DNA of 64,000 bases from contig JALSUP010000064.1 in assembly GCA_027071315.1 (NCBI GenBank), positions 8,345-72,344 of the forward strand. The letters run 5' to 3'. The position numbers were made by a program, and so were the translations under genes. How positions within the stretch are numbered: the stretch's first letter is position 1; every line of letters begins with the position of its first letter. Under the pieces are notes generated by a model. That model searched no databases and had not been told where the DNA came from. It saw only the letters and a program-made list of their open reading frames with translations. Below, in pieces: positions 18,954 through 30,797 of the stretch. Source of the DNA: Sulfurovum sp. (GTDB lineage: Bacteria; Campylobacterota; Campylobacteria; Campylobacterales; Sulfurovaceae).

Positions 18954-20879
18954 ATGCCAAATATTGTAGAAGTAGAGTATGAACAAACAGGGAAAAGTGT
19001 TAATGTAAATGATACTGGGATGAGACCCATGGCAGCCCGTGCTTATGAAGCTCGTACTGCAAAATATTTATTAATCAAAGCCCCTCCCGCATCAGGTAAA
19101 TCAAGAGCACTAATGTTTATAGCTTTGGATAAACTGTATCACCAAGGATTGAAAAAAGTGATTGTGGCTGTTCCAGAGAGATCTATTGGAGGTTCATTCA
19201 CACAAACTGATTTAAAAAATCAGAATAATTTTTTTGAAAATTGGGAGCCAAAAGATAAATATAACCTTTGCAACACAGAAGATAACAAAAGTAAAGTACA
19301 AGCTTTTAAAGAGTTTCTGGATAGCGATGAAAAGATTTTAATCTGCACACATGCTACACTAAGGTTTGCATTTGACCAACTTAATGAATCGGCATTTGAT
19401 AATACTCTTTTAGCAATTGATGAATTTCACCATGTATCATCAGACGGAGAAAATAGACTGGGTGAAGTGCTACGAAACCTCATGGAAAAATCAAACTGTC
19501 ACATCGTTGCTATGACAGGTTCTTATTTTAGAGGCGATAGTGTTCCTGTACTTCTACCGGAAGATGAAGCTAAATTTACAAAAGTACCCTACAACTACTA
19601 TGAGCAATTAAACGGATATGAGTACCTAAAATCACTTGGGATAGGGTATCACTTTTATCAGGGCAGATACACAAGTGCCATTGATGAGATATTGGACACC
19701 GACAAGAAGACTATTTTGCATATACCCAATGTTAATTCCGGAGAGTCCACAAAAGACAAACATAGAGAAGTTGGTACTATCTTAGACATTATAGGTCGGG
19801 TTAAAGAGGTTACGGATGATGGGGTAATCATATTAAAGCGACATACTGACGGGAAGCTTCTGAAAGTAGCAGACCTGGTGAATGACGACCCAAAAGAGAG
19901 AGATAAAATCATTACTTATTTACGAAATATAAAAAGTGTTGATGATATGGATTTGATTATTGCCCTTGGTATGGCAAAAGAGGGGTTTGACTGGCCTTAT
20001 TGTGAACATGCTTTAACGGTTGGGTATAGAAGTTCGCTTACAGAAATCATACAAATTATTGGTCGTGCTACAAGAGACAGCGAGAACAAAACCACCGCAC
20101 AATTTACAAACCTTATAGCCCAACCTGATGCTCACAATGACGAAGTGAAACTCTCTGTAAACAATATGCTCAAAGCAATCACTTCATCACTCCTAATGGA
20201 ACAAGTGTTGGCCCCTAGTTTCAAGTTTAAACCTAAGTTTGATAATGACAATGAACCACCTAAAAAAGGTGAATTGAAAATCAGAGGTTTTAAAAAGCCT
20301 ACGAGTACAAAAGTCAATGATATTATTGAAAGTGATTTAAATGACTTAAAGGCTGCCATTTTGCAAGACCCTCAAATGTTACAGGCAATGCCGGGCAATA
20401 TTGAGCCAGAGGTCATCAATGAAGTTTTAATACCTAAGATCATTAAAGTGAAATATCCTGATTTGGATGAGAATGAAGTCAAAGAGTTAAGCCAATATGT
20501 GGTGCTTGACAGTGTGGTGAGAAATGCCACCATTGAAACCAATGGAGATAAAAAGTTCATACGAATGGCCGATAAATTCATTAATCTGGATGAATTAAAT
20601 ATTGACCTGATTAACAGTATAAATCCATTTCAACAGGCATTTGAAATTTTATCTAAACAAGTGACTACTGGTGTACTTAAATTGATTCAAGAAGCCATTG
20701 AAGGCACCAGGATCAAGATGGACTTTGAAGAAGCAAGTATATTGTGGCCTAAAATTCAAGAGTTTATAAAAGAGCACGGAAGAGAGCCAGACTTGAAATC
20801 TACTGATGGAAAAGAAAAGAGAATGGCAGAGTGTATTATTTACCTAAAAGAAGAAAAGAGAAAACGAGCCAATGGATAA
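18954..20879 (+). CDS. SF2 (DEAD/DEAH, Res-like) helicase with an uncharacterised ~240-aa C-terminal region
   Basis: Motif I KAPPASGKSRA, Ia VAVPERS, II LLAIDEFHHV, III AMTGSYFRGD, VI QIIGRATRD. Preceded by a 191-bp gap and an AAAGGGA RBS. Confidence 0.8.
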   Translation: MPNIVEVEYEQTGKSVNVNDTGMRPMAARAYEARTAKYLLIKAPPASGKSRALMFIALDKLYHQGLKKVIVAVPERSIGGSFTQTDLKNQNNFFENWEPKDKYNLCNTEDNKSKVQAFKEFLDSDEKILICTHATLRFAFDQLNESAFDNTLLAIDEFHHVSSDGENRLGEVLRNLMEKSNCHIVAMTGSYFRGDSVPVLLPEDEAKFTKVPYNYYEQLNGYEYLKSLGIGYHFYQGRYTSAIDEILDTDKKTILHIPNVNSGESTKDKHREVGTILDIIGRVKEVTDDGVIILKRHTDGKLLKVADLVNDDPKERDKIITYLRNIKSVDDMDLIIALGMAKEGFDWPYCEHALTVGYRSSLTEIIQIIGRATRDSENKTTAQFTNLIAQPDAHNDEVKLSVNNMLKAITSSLLMEQVLAPSFKFKPKFDNDNEPPKKGELKIRGFKKPTSTKVNDIIESDLNDLKAAILQDPQMLQAMPGNIEPEVINEVLIPKIIKVKYPDLDENEVKELSQYVVLDSVVRNATIETNGDKKFIRMADKFINLDELNIDLINSINPFQQAFEILSKQVTTGVLKLIQEAIEGTRIKMDFEEASILWPKIQEFIKEHGREPDLKSTDGKEKRMAECIIYLKEEKRKRANG

Positions 20880-21150
20880 AGAAACAATACTAAATAACAT
20901 TTTTGAAAGTGACCCATTGGGATTATTGGAGATAAAAGCCAAAAATCCGGTTATAACGGCTGACGATAGGCTGATAGCTACCTTTGAAGAGATTAATGAC
21001 TTTTATGAAAAGCATGGGTGTGAACCTAAAAAAACAACCGATATGAATGAAAGAGGATTGTTCTCACGACTTAAAGGCTTACGAGCTAATCCACAAAAGA
21101 TACAAGCTCTTAAAAAATATGATAGATTTAATCTACTTGAAGAGGACTAA
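20872..21150 (+). CDS. 92-aa protein resembling the helicase C-terminal module (adaptor-like)
   Basis: 8-nt overlap with the helicase gene. ILNNIFESDPLGLLE and FEEINDFYEKHGCEP parallel helicase IDLINSINPF..FEIL and WPKIQEFIKEHGREP. Confidence 0.55.
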   Translation: MDKETILNNIFESDPLGLLEIKAKNPVITADDRLIATFEEINDFYEKHGCEPKKTTDMNERGLFSRLKGLRANPQKIQALKKYDRFNLLEED

Positions 21151-22050
21151 ATGGCTGATATAAACTCACTTGACGACATTTTAAACAGTGACACTTTTGG
21201 TATTTTGGATAAACAGGATGAAGAGGATATTTTTACACTTAAAAATGTTCCTCATGTTGAAAAAGAACGAGCAGCAACAGACTTTGTAGCAAGAAGAAAA
21301 ACACTTGAAGATTTTGAAGCATATGAAGAGATGTTTGCACAATGTCAGAAAGATTTAAAAAGTGGAAAAAGAAAGCTTGTTAAATTTAATGAGAAATACT
21401 TCGAGAAAGGTGCTTTCTTTGTTTTAAAAGGTGTCTTGGTTTATTTGGAAGATATACAAAATCCAAGGAAAGACAAGAACCATAAGCTGGATGCGAGAAC
21501 TACTACCATATTTGAAAATGGTACATACTCAAATATGCTGCTTCGTTCACTTGGAAAAGGTTTGTATGAAGATGGCTATTTTGTGAGTGAACATGAAGAT
21601 AGAGTGCTCGATAAGCTGAGTCCAATCACCAATGACGATACACAAAATGGTTATATCTATATATTAAAGTCATTAAGTAACGATGACAGAATTGTTACAA
21701 AACAAAACCTATATAAAATTGGTTTTTCAACAACCGCAGTTGAAACAAGAATTAAAAATGCAAAGAAAGACCCCACTTATTTAATGGCAGAGGTTCAAAC
21801 TGTATCGGCTTATGAAGTTTACAATGTTAACCCGCATAAATTAGAACAATTGATACATAAGTTTTTTAGTCATAGCTGTTTAGATATTGATATTATTGAT
21901 GAAAGTGGTAACACATACAAACCAAGAGAATGGTTTGCAGCTCCATTGGAAGTCATTGAAGAGGCTGTTGAGCTTATAATTAATGGTAGGATTGTTGATT
22001 ATCGTTATGATGAAGTGAATGAAGTGATTATTAGCAAGGAAAGAGTGTAG
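21151..22050 (+). CDS. T5orf172 / GIY-YIG-superfamily nuclease-domain protein
   Basis: C-terminal NGYIYILKS...NLYKIGFSTTAVETRIKNAKK...HKLEQLIHKFF...PREWF matches the T5orf172 (GIY-YIG-like) pattern. The N-terminus carries the LDDILNSDTFGILD motif shared with the preceding ORF. Confidence 0.75.
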   Translation: MADINSLDDILNSDTFGILDKQDEEDIFTLKNVPHVEKERAATDFVARRKTLEDFEAYEEMFAQCQKDLKSGKRKLVKFNEKYFEKGAFFVLKGVLVYLEDIQNPRKDKNHKLDARTTTIFENGTYSNMLLRSLGKGLYEDGYFVSEHEDRVLDKLSPITNDDTQNGYIYILKSLSNDDRIVTKQNLYKIGFSTTAVETRIKNAKKDPTYLMAEVQTVSAYEVYNVNPHKLEQLIHKFFSHSCLDIDIIDESGNTYKPREWFAAPLEVIEEAVELIINGRIVDYRYDEVNEVIISKERV

Positions 22051-24829
<2,779 letters not shown>

Positions 24830-24833
<4 letters not shown>

Positions 24834-24910
24834 GGTGTTGTACCCTTACAACACCGATAATGGTAATGCAATAAAAATTAAGAAGGTGTTGTCATGGGAC
24901 AACACCCTAC
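24830..24910. repeat. twin 9-bp-stem hairpins with an alternative long-range pairing (REP-like palindromic element / terminator region)
   Basis: GGTGTTGTA-cccT-TACAACACC (24834-24855) and GGTGTTGTC-atgg-GACAACACC (24885-24906). The outer GTAGGGTGTTGT (24830-41) is complementary to ACAACACCCTAC (24899-24910). Confidence 0.6.
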
Positions 24911-24920
24911 GGAGAAATGA

Positions 24921-25742
24921 TTGAAATATAATAACACCATAAAATCCATCGCTATCGGCTCCTTCGACGGTATCCATCTGGCACATCAGAAACTGATAGA
25001 GAAGGTAGATGCCCTTGTGATCATAGAGCGAAACGGAGGCTACCTCACACCGGGATACAAGCGTTCTCTCTACACTTCAAAGGCTTGTCATTTCTACTAC
25101 CTTGATCAATTAAAAGGCTTAAGCCCCGAAGCCTTTGTAGGCAAGTTGCAAGAAGATTTTCCAAAGTTGGAACGTATTGTCGTGGGCTATGATTTTCACT
25201 TTGGAAAAGAGAAATCCGGCAATGCAGGGGTACTGGAGAGTCTTTTTCATAAAGAGGTCGTCATTATTGATGAGGTGACGACGGAGGGTATCTCCATACA
25301 CTCCCGCACTATTAAAAGTTACCTGCGCGAGGGGAATATTGAAATGGCCAACAGGCTTTTGGGGCGTAACTATCGTATTGACGGTGCTGTCATTCGAGGG
25401 CAGGGGCTTGGTAAAAAGGAGCTGGTACCGACGATCAATCTGAAGGTAGAAGATTATCAGCTTCCCAAAGAGGGTGTCTATGTGACAGCTGCGAAAGTTG
25501 GTGAGACCTGGTATGATTCTGTCAGTTTTCTAGGTCACCGTGTCACCACAGACGGCAGTTTCGCAGTAGAGACCCATATACTCGGAGAAGATGTTGAGGT
25601 TGCAGGCAGACATGTATGGATCAGCTTTAAAGCCTTTGTCCGTGACAATATGAAGTTTTCCAGTCTTGAGGGACTTAAAAAACAGATAGCACTTGACATA
25701 GACTATGCCCAAAAGATGATTTCCAACGAAAGCGTGGGATGA
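24921..25742 (+). CDS. ribF: bifunctional riboflavin kinase / FMN adenylyltransferase
   Basis: 273 aa with a TTG start. IGSFDGIHLAHQKLI (nucleotidyltransferase) and C-terminal riboflavin-kinase motifs GRNYRIDGAVIRGQGLGKK...PTINL. Confidence 0.85.
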   Translation: MKYNNTIKSIAIGSFDGIHLAHQKLIEKVDALVIIERNGGYLTPGYKRSLYTSKACHFYYLDQLKGLSPEAFVGKLQEDFPKLERIVVGYDFHFGKEKSGNAGVLESLFHKEVVIIDEVTTEGISIHSRTIKSYLREGNIEMANRLLGRNYRIDGAVIRGQGLGKKELVPTINLKVEDYQLPKEGVYVTAAKVGETWYDSVSFLGHRVTTDGSFAVETHILGEDVEVAGRHVWISFKAFVRDNMKFSSLEGLKKQIALDIDYAQKMISNESVG

Positions 25743-26509
25743 AAAATATGCTGATGATACTCCTCTCCCTTCTCCTCCTTTACCTTGCGGTAGGGCTTTT
25801 TCTCTATTTGAGACAGAGATATTTTTTATATTATCCGACACCCAGGGTCATTGCAAGTCAGTACAAAAATGTGTTAATGGAAAATGAGGGTGAAAAGATC
25901 AATGTGATCGTTCTACATGAAGGAAAACCTAAAGCCATACTCTATTTTGGCGGAAATGCAGAATCTATGGCAGAGAGTGCAGACTACATCGCAGGGCAGT
26001 TTCCCGATTTTACAGTGTACCTGATGGATTACAGAGGGTATGGCCTGAGCTCAGGTGAAGCCAGTGAAGAGGGACTGTACAGTGATGCATTGCATCTCTA
26101 TGACGATGTGAAAGAGAAGCATACTTCCATTTCGGTAGGCGGTCGCAGTCTGGGGACTGCTGTGGCAACGTATGTGGCGGCTAACAGAGAAGTGTCGAAA
26201 CTGGCACTGATAACGCCTTTTGACAGTATTGTCAACGTGGCACAGGCGCGTTACCCTCTCTATCCGGTGGCATGGCTTTTGCATGACAGCTATGATTCCG
26301 TGAACAGAGTGGGAAAAATTAAAGCGAAGACTTTTATTGTGATCGCAGAGAATGATGAAGTGATCCCGAGAGAGCGTACGGAAGCACTTATCAAAGCTTT
26401 TGATCCCCTGCAGTTGGAAACCACAGTCATCAAAAACAGAGGACACAGTGATATCTCATCGGATGAAAGATATTATAAGATCATGCAAACGTTTATAGGA
26501 GAGGGGTAA
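25739..26509 (+). CDS. alpha/beta-fold hydrolase with N-terminal membrane anchor
   Basis: N-terminal TM helix. Nucleophile elbow GRSLGT, and a late D...H (RGHSD) consistent with a Ser-Asp-His triad. Confidence 0.7.
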   Translation: MKNMLMILLSLLLLYLAVGLFLYLRQRYFLYYPTPRVIASQYKNVLMENEGEKINVIVLHEGKPKAILYFGGNAESMAESADYIAGQFPDFTVYLMDYRGYGLSSGEASEEGLYSDALHLYDDVKEKHTSISVGGRSLGTAVATYVAANREVSKLALITPFDSIVNVAQARYPLYPVAWLLHDSYDSVNRVGKIKAKTFIVIAENDEVIPRERTEALIKAFDPLQLETTVIKNRGHSDISSDERYYKIMQTFIGEG

Positions 26510-26512
26510 GCA

Positions 26513-27223
26513 ATGAAAGAAGATAAAGTATTTACAGAGAAAATTAGCAAAAAGTTTGAATTTGACGAAGCTGTGGCATCTGTTTTTGATGATATGCTGA
26601 GCCGTTCTGTTCCTTTTTACGATGAAGTACGAAAGCTCATTATTGCCCTGATCCTCTCTGAACAGGAGGAGGGAAAAAAGGTGCTTGATCTCGGCTCCTC
26701 CACAGCGAAATTCCTTTTGGACCTTCACAGTAAGATGGAAGTGCAGATGCAGCTGAAAGGCTTGGACAATTCACAGGCAATGCTGGACAGAGCAGAGCAG
26801 AAATGTCATGCTTTTGGTGCAGAGATCGACCTGGAACTGGCAGATATGCTGACCTATGACTACAGCGATGAAGATATTATCGTGGCCAATTATACTTTGC
26901 AGTTCATACGCCCCATGCAGCGTGTAGAGCTGGTTAAAAAGCTTTATAATGCTTTAAATGATGAAGGTATGTTCATCTTTTCCGAGAAGGTCGTCTTTGC
27001 CGATAAAAAGCTCGATAAAGACTTGATAGACATCTATTATGCCTATAAGAAAGAGCAGGGCTACAGTGAGTATGAAATAGCACAAAAGCGTGAAGCACTG
27101 GAAAATGTGCTTATACCGTTCACCATTGAAGAAAATATTCAAATGTGTAAAGACGCCGGATTCAATTCTGTCGATACTATTTTCCAGTGGTCGAACTTTG
27201 TGACCTTTGTTTCCAAAAAGTAA
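26513..27223 (+). CDS. cmoA: carboxy-S-adenosyl-L-methionine synthase
   Basis: [24 protein letters not shown] and VLDLGSSTA (SAM fold), then NYTLQFIRP, typical of CmoA. Confidence 0.85.
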   Translation: MKEDKVFTEKISKKFEFDEAVASVFDDMLSRSVPFYDEVRKLIIALILSEQEEGKKVLDLGSSTAKFLLDLHSKMEVQMQLKGLDNSQAMLDRAEQKCHAFGAEIDLELADMLTYDYSDEDIIVANYTLQFIRPMQRVELVKKLYNALNDEGMFIFSEKVVFADKKLDKDLIDIYYAYKKEQGYSEYEIAQKREALENVLIPFTIEENIQMCKDAGFNSVDTIFQWSNFVTFVSKK

Positions 27224-27271
27224 TATTTTTAAGATATGCCCTGAAACACGGGTTGCATTATTTAATATGAG

Positions 27272-27342
27272 TTATTCACAACTTATTCACTATGTGATAA
27301 AACGACAATTTTTATAAAAAAGATGTGAATAAGAGGTGAAAT
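27272..27342. promoter_or_regulatory. array of TTATTCAC / GTGAATAA octamers (candidate operator) upstream of the DAHP synthase gene
   Basis: TTATTCAC at 27272-79 and 27283-90 (11-bp phasing). Inverted GTGAATAA at 27325-32. Degenerate copies tGTGATAA at 27293-300 and GTGAAAT at 27336-42. Confidence 0.35.
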
Positions 27343-27397
27343 TTAAGATATTTTCAGTAATAGCAGATAATACATATTCTTTTCATATTTTTTAAGC

Positions 27398-27403
27398 TAT
27401 AAT
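27398..27403 (+). promoter_or_regulatory. candidate -10 box (TATAAT) for the DAHP synthase gene
   Basis: Perfect TATAAT preceded by a T-rich tract, 58 nt upstream of the ATG at 27461. Confidence 0.35.
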
Positions 27404-27460
27404 CACTCCATTAATTTTTTAAGGTGATTAGAGATCATACTTGATTTTGAAGGATATACC

Positions 27461-28807
27461 ATGAGTTGGACACCAAGTAGCTGGAGAGCATTTCCCATTA
27501 AGCAGCAACCCACATACCAAGATAAAGAAATGTTGGAAAATGTAGAAGCAGAACTGGCTTCTTACCCACCGCTTATCTTTGCAGGAGAGGCTAGAAAGCT
27601 TAAAGAGAAGCTTGCTGCCGCAGGACGTGGAGAAGCATTTCTGCTCCAGGGCGGTGACTGTGCAGAGAGTTTTTCCGACTTCAATGCAGAGACGATCAAA
27701 AATCTTTTTAAACTGATGCTTCAAATGAATATGGTGCTTATGTACAGCACAGGTAAGCCTGTGGTTAAAGTGGGACGTATTGCAGGTCAATTCGCCAAAC
27801 CGAGATCATCTGATATGGAAGAGATCAATGGCGTGAAATTGCCAAGTTACCGTGGCGATATTATCAACGGTATCGAGTTTACGGAAGAGGCAAGAATTCC
27901 AAACCCGAAAAATATGCTCAAAGCCTATAACCAGTCTGCTGCAACATTAAATTTGTTACGTGCCTTCTCAAGAGGAGGATTGGCAGATTTAAACCAAGTA
28001 CACAAATGGAACCTGGATTTCATTAAAGACAATCCACTCGGAAAGCGCTACGATGAGATCAGTACGAAGATCGATGCCTCTATGAAATTCATGGCAGCCT
28101 GCGGTCTTAACTCAGACACTATGCCTCAGCTGCATCAGACGACACTTTATACTTCGCATGAAGCTTTGCTTTTGAATTATGAAGAAGCCTTGACAAGAGA
28201 AGACTCTGAAACAGGTGAGTACTATGACTGCTCTGCACATATGCTCTGGATCGGTGACAGAACGAGAGATCTGACGGAAGCACACATTGAGTACTTCAGA
28301 GGTATTCAAAACCCTATCGGGTGTAAAGTCGGTCCAAGTATGGAAGAGGATGAACTCATTGAACTCATTGATGCTTTGAATCCTGAAAATGAAGAGGGTA
28401 GACTGAACCTTATCGTCCGTATGGGTGCAAGCGAGATCAGACACTATTTCCCCAAGTTACTCAAGCGTGTCAGAGATGAAGGTAAAAATGTGGTTTGGTC
28501 CTGTGACCCGATGCACGGCAATGTTGAAAAATCTTCTACCGGTTTCAAGACCAGAGATTTTGACAATATTCTTTCAGAAGTGGAGCAGTTCTTTACGATT
28601 CATAAAGAGATGGGAACCATTGCAGCAGGTATACACCTTGAAATGACAGGAAATGATGTCACAGAGTGTACGGGAAGTACTTCCTGTGCCATTACCGCTG
28701 AAGGGCTTGCAAGCCGTTATCACACACAGTGTGACCCGAGACTGAATGCTTCCCAGGCGTTAGAGTTGGCATTTATGCTCTCTGATGCTATTTCGGATGT
28801 AAAATAA
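27461..28807 (+). CDS. class II 3-deoxy-7-phosphoheptulonate (DAHP) synthase
   Basis: 448 aa. WTPSSWR..P..QQPTYQD N-terminus, [25 protein letters not shown] and WSCDPMHGN are class II DAHPS hallmarks. Confidence 0.9.
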   Translation: MSWTPSSWRAFPIKQQPTYQDKEMLENVEAELASYPPLIFAGEARKLKEKLAAAGRGEAFLLQGGDCAESFSDFNAETIKNLFKLMLQMNMVLMYSTGKPVVKVGRIAGQFAKPRSSDMEEINGVKLPSYRGDIINGIEFTEEARIPNPKNMLKAYNQSAATLNLLRAFSRGGLADLNQVHKWNLDFIKDNPLGKRYDEISTKIDASMKFMAACGLNSDTMPQLHQTTLYTSHEALLLNYEEALTREDSETGEYYDCSAHMLWIGDRTRDLTEAHIEYFRGIQNPIGCKVGPSMEEDELIELIDALNPENEEGRLNLIVRMGASEIRHYFPKLLKRVRDEGKNVVWSCDPMHGNVEKSSTGFKTRDFDNILSEVEQFFTIHKEMGTIAAGIHLEMTGNDVTECTGSTSCAITAEGLASRYHTQCDPRLNASQALELAFMLSDAISDVK

Positions 28808-28822
28808 TAGCCAAGGCCTGCT

Positions 28823-28850
28823 AAGGTGTCTGTCTTTGGACAGCACCCTT
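28823..28850. terminator. imperfect stem-loop between convergent genes (candidate bidirectional terminator)
   Basis: AAGGTGTCTGTC-tttg-GACAGCACCCTT lies between the DAHP synthase stop (28807) and the histidine kinase stop (28877). There is no clear U-tract. Confidence 0.4.
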
Positions 28851-28876
28851 CAGGTCATTACACTCTTTCTCTTCTC

Positions 28877-30073
28877 TTATTTCACAGTAAAAATATTATT
28901 TCCCTCTTCATAACTGTATGCCAGTGTCATGTGGTGTATGTCTAAAATACTTTTCACAATATAGATGCCGAGACCCAGACTGTTCTTGGAAGTATGGAAC
29001 GGCTCATAGTAGTGCTCTAACGGCTGATTAAGCATCTCTCCTTTGTTTAGAAAGGCAATGTGGTCATTCTCTATGCGAACGTTTACATGCTTGTCTGAAC
29101 TGTATTTAATCGCATTGTCCAGCAGGTTCTTGATGACCAGCGTCATAAGTTCAAAATCTGCCTGGAGCATATAGTCTTTTTGTATATCGATCGTAATATA
29201 TCTGGCAGGATCTTCCACCATCAGCAGGTCGATACTTCCTTCAACCAGGTCAGATGCTTTATATGATTTGAGGTGTAATTCAAAGTTCTTGGAGGTGATC
29301 TTCTCAATTTTTGCAAATTCGTCAATGAGAAGATTGAGTCGTTCAAAAATACTGTGCAGGCGCTTTTTGTTCTTTTCGTCACTGAGCATTTCCGAAACCA
29401 GTCTTCCCTTGGCGATCGGTGTTTTCAGTTCATGCATGATCGCACGCAGAAAGAGTTGCCGTGCCTGTATCAGTTCACGTATCATATTGACGGCATGGTC
29501 GAACTCATTGGCGACTTCACCGATCTCATCATCTCTGTCGGAAGCACATTGGATGTCAAGGTTTCCCTGTGAAAAGGTTTTGATCTTGTTCTTCAGCTCA
29601 GAGATAGGACGCAGACTGCGTACAACCCAGAGATAGAGCATAATGATCAGCATAAAGACAAGTGAAAAGACGATAATACGTTTAAGGGGATATTTTGGTT
29701 TATTTTTATTTTCCAAAATTAATTTAAAACGGTCATTGTTAATGAGAATAATACGTTGTAATTTAAAGGTATCCACCACGTAACGCTTATCTTTATTATG
29801 TGGTTTCAGTGCATGTTCAATTTGTACGATCTTCGCTTTGTCCTTGACAAGGAACATATTCTGCGACTCAAGATAGGCCTCATCTATCGTACCGTGAAGC
29901 ATATAGTAGTTGTAAATATAGTGTGTAATGAGTCTCTCATGTGCTTCATTGTGCTCTTCAAACTTCATATGGTCATATTTGATGGAAGAGATGAAAAGCA
30001 CAGCAAGAAGCAGGAGGGTGATCGAAAATACAAGGTTGATCTTACTTCGTAAAGAAGAGAAACCTTTAAACAA
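28877..30073 (-). CDS. sensor histidine kinase (TM - HAMP - HisKA - HATPase_c)
   Basis: H-box AIMHELKTPIA, N-box LLDNAIKYS, G-box GLGLGIYIVKSI. 8-nt overlap with the upstream response regulator gene. Confidence 0.85.
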   Translation of the reverse strand: MFKGFSSLRSKINLVFSITLLLLAVLFISSIKYDHMKFEEHNEAHERLITHYIYNYYMLHGTIDEAYLESQNMFLVKDKAKIVQIEHALKPHNKDKRYVVDTFKLQRIILINNDRFKLILENKNKPKYPLKRIIVFSLVFMLIIMLYLWVVRSLRPISELKNKIKTFSQGNLDIQCASDRDDEIGEVANEFDHAVNMIRELIQARQLFLRAIMHELKTPIAKGRLVSEMLSDEKNKKRLHSIFERLNLLIDEFAKIEKITSKNFELHLKSYKASDLVEGSIDLLMVEDPARYITIDIQKDYMLQADFELMTLVIKNLLDNAIKYSSDKHVNVRIENDHIAFLNKGEMLNQPLEHYYEPFHTSKNSLGLGIYIVKSILDIHHMTLAYSYEEGNNIFTVK

Positions 30074-30743
30074 GTTTGTATCCTACACCACGTACTGCCT
30101 GGATGCGTTTGTTGTCACCCAGCTTGGTACGTATTTTGGAAATGATCACATCAAGGCTTTTCCCCTGGGAGTCAATGCTCATGGTACCTGAAGTGTTGAT
30201 GATCTGTTCACGTGACTGGGTGATACCCTGGTTCTTGACGAGCAGAGAGAGTACTTCAAACTCGGCAGGGGTCAGCGAGAGTGCTTCTCCCTTAAAGTAA
30301 ATGGTATCGCCTTTGAGTTCAAAATCACTTTTTGGCAAGGGGTTGTTTTTACTTTCGCCTTTTTCAAGACGGTTCAAGATAGACATGATCCTTGCATACA
30401 TCTCTTTGGGGTCATAGGGTTTTGGTAGGTAGTCATAGGCTCCCAGCTCAAAACTTTTCACCTTGTCGGAAATATCTGAACGTGCAGAAGAGATGATGAC
30501 GGGCATATCATATTTACGCACGACCTCTTCACAGACTTCAAGTCCGTCCATCCCCGGAAGGGTCAGGTCGAGGATCATCAGGTCATATTTTTTGACACCG
30601 GCACTCAGCCCAAGATAGGGGTCTTCAAAATTGGTGATCTTTATATCAAACTGTGCCAGATATTCTGAAAGAAGTTCTGCAAATTCCGGATCATCTTCTA
30701 TCATAAGAATATTAATCACTTTGTCGCTCCTGTTTGGAAACAT
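30066..30743 (-). CDS. OmpR/PhoB-family response regulator
   Basis: Receiver domain (MIEDD...DLMILDLTLPGMDG) plus a winged-helix output (LTPAEFEVLSLL...VRGVGYKL). Confidence 0.9.
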   Translation of the reverse strand: MFPNRSDKVINILMIEDDPEFAELLSEYLAQFDIKITNFEDPYLGLSAGVKKYDLMILDLTLPGMDGLEVCEEVVRKYDMPVIISSARSDISDKVKSFELGAYDYLPKPYDPKEMYARIMSILNRLEKGESKNNPLPKSDFELKGDTIYFKGEALSLTPAEFEVLSLLVKNQGITQSREQIINTSGTMSIDSQGKSLDVIISKIRTKLGDNKRIQAVRGVGYKLV

Positions 30744-30797
30744 ATTTTCTCCTGTTATTGTATGGTCTTAAGGTTAATTGAAATCAAATAAGACCTT

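Noticed and set aside
14082-22050. Whether the island is a prophage remnant, ICE or transposon.
   Set aside because: No integrase, transposase, terminal inverted repeats, flanking direct repeats or tRNA target could be found. All six genes are defence-type.
14082-22050. Whether the island is a BREX, DISARM, type I or type III R-M system.
   Set aside because: The MTase is MmeI/PglX-related. However, there is no PglZ, BrxC/BrxL or BrxA/B, no DrmB (DUF1998) or PLD nuclease, no HsdS/HsdR, and no Mod-type MTase paired with the Res-like helicase.
20872-22050. Whether the 92-aa and 299-aa ORFs are one gene split by a frameshift or nonsense mutation.
   Set aside because: Both ORFs begin with their own copy of the same N-terminal motif, and the junction is a clean TAA-ATG. 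This is more consistent with duplication of a module than with a disrupted single gene.
24834-24920. A possible FMN riboswitch upstream of ribF.
   Set aside because: The region is only ~87 nt and consists of two simple hairpins. None of the conserved FMN-element core sequences is apparent, and ribF is not a usual FMN-riboswitch target.
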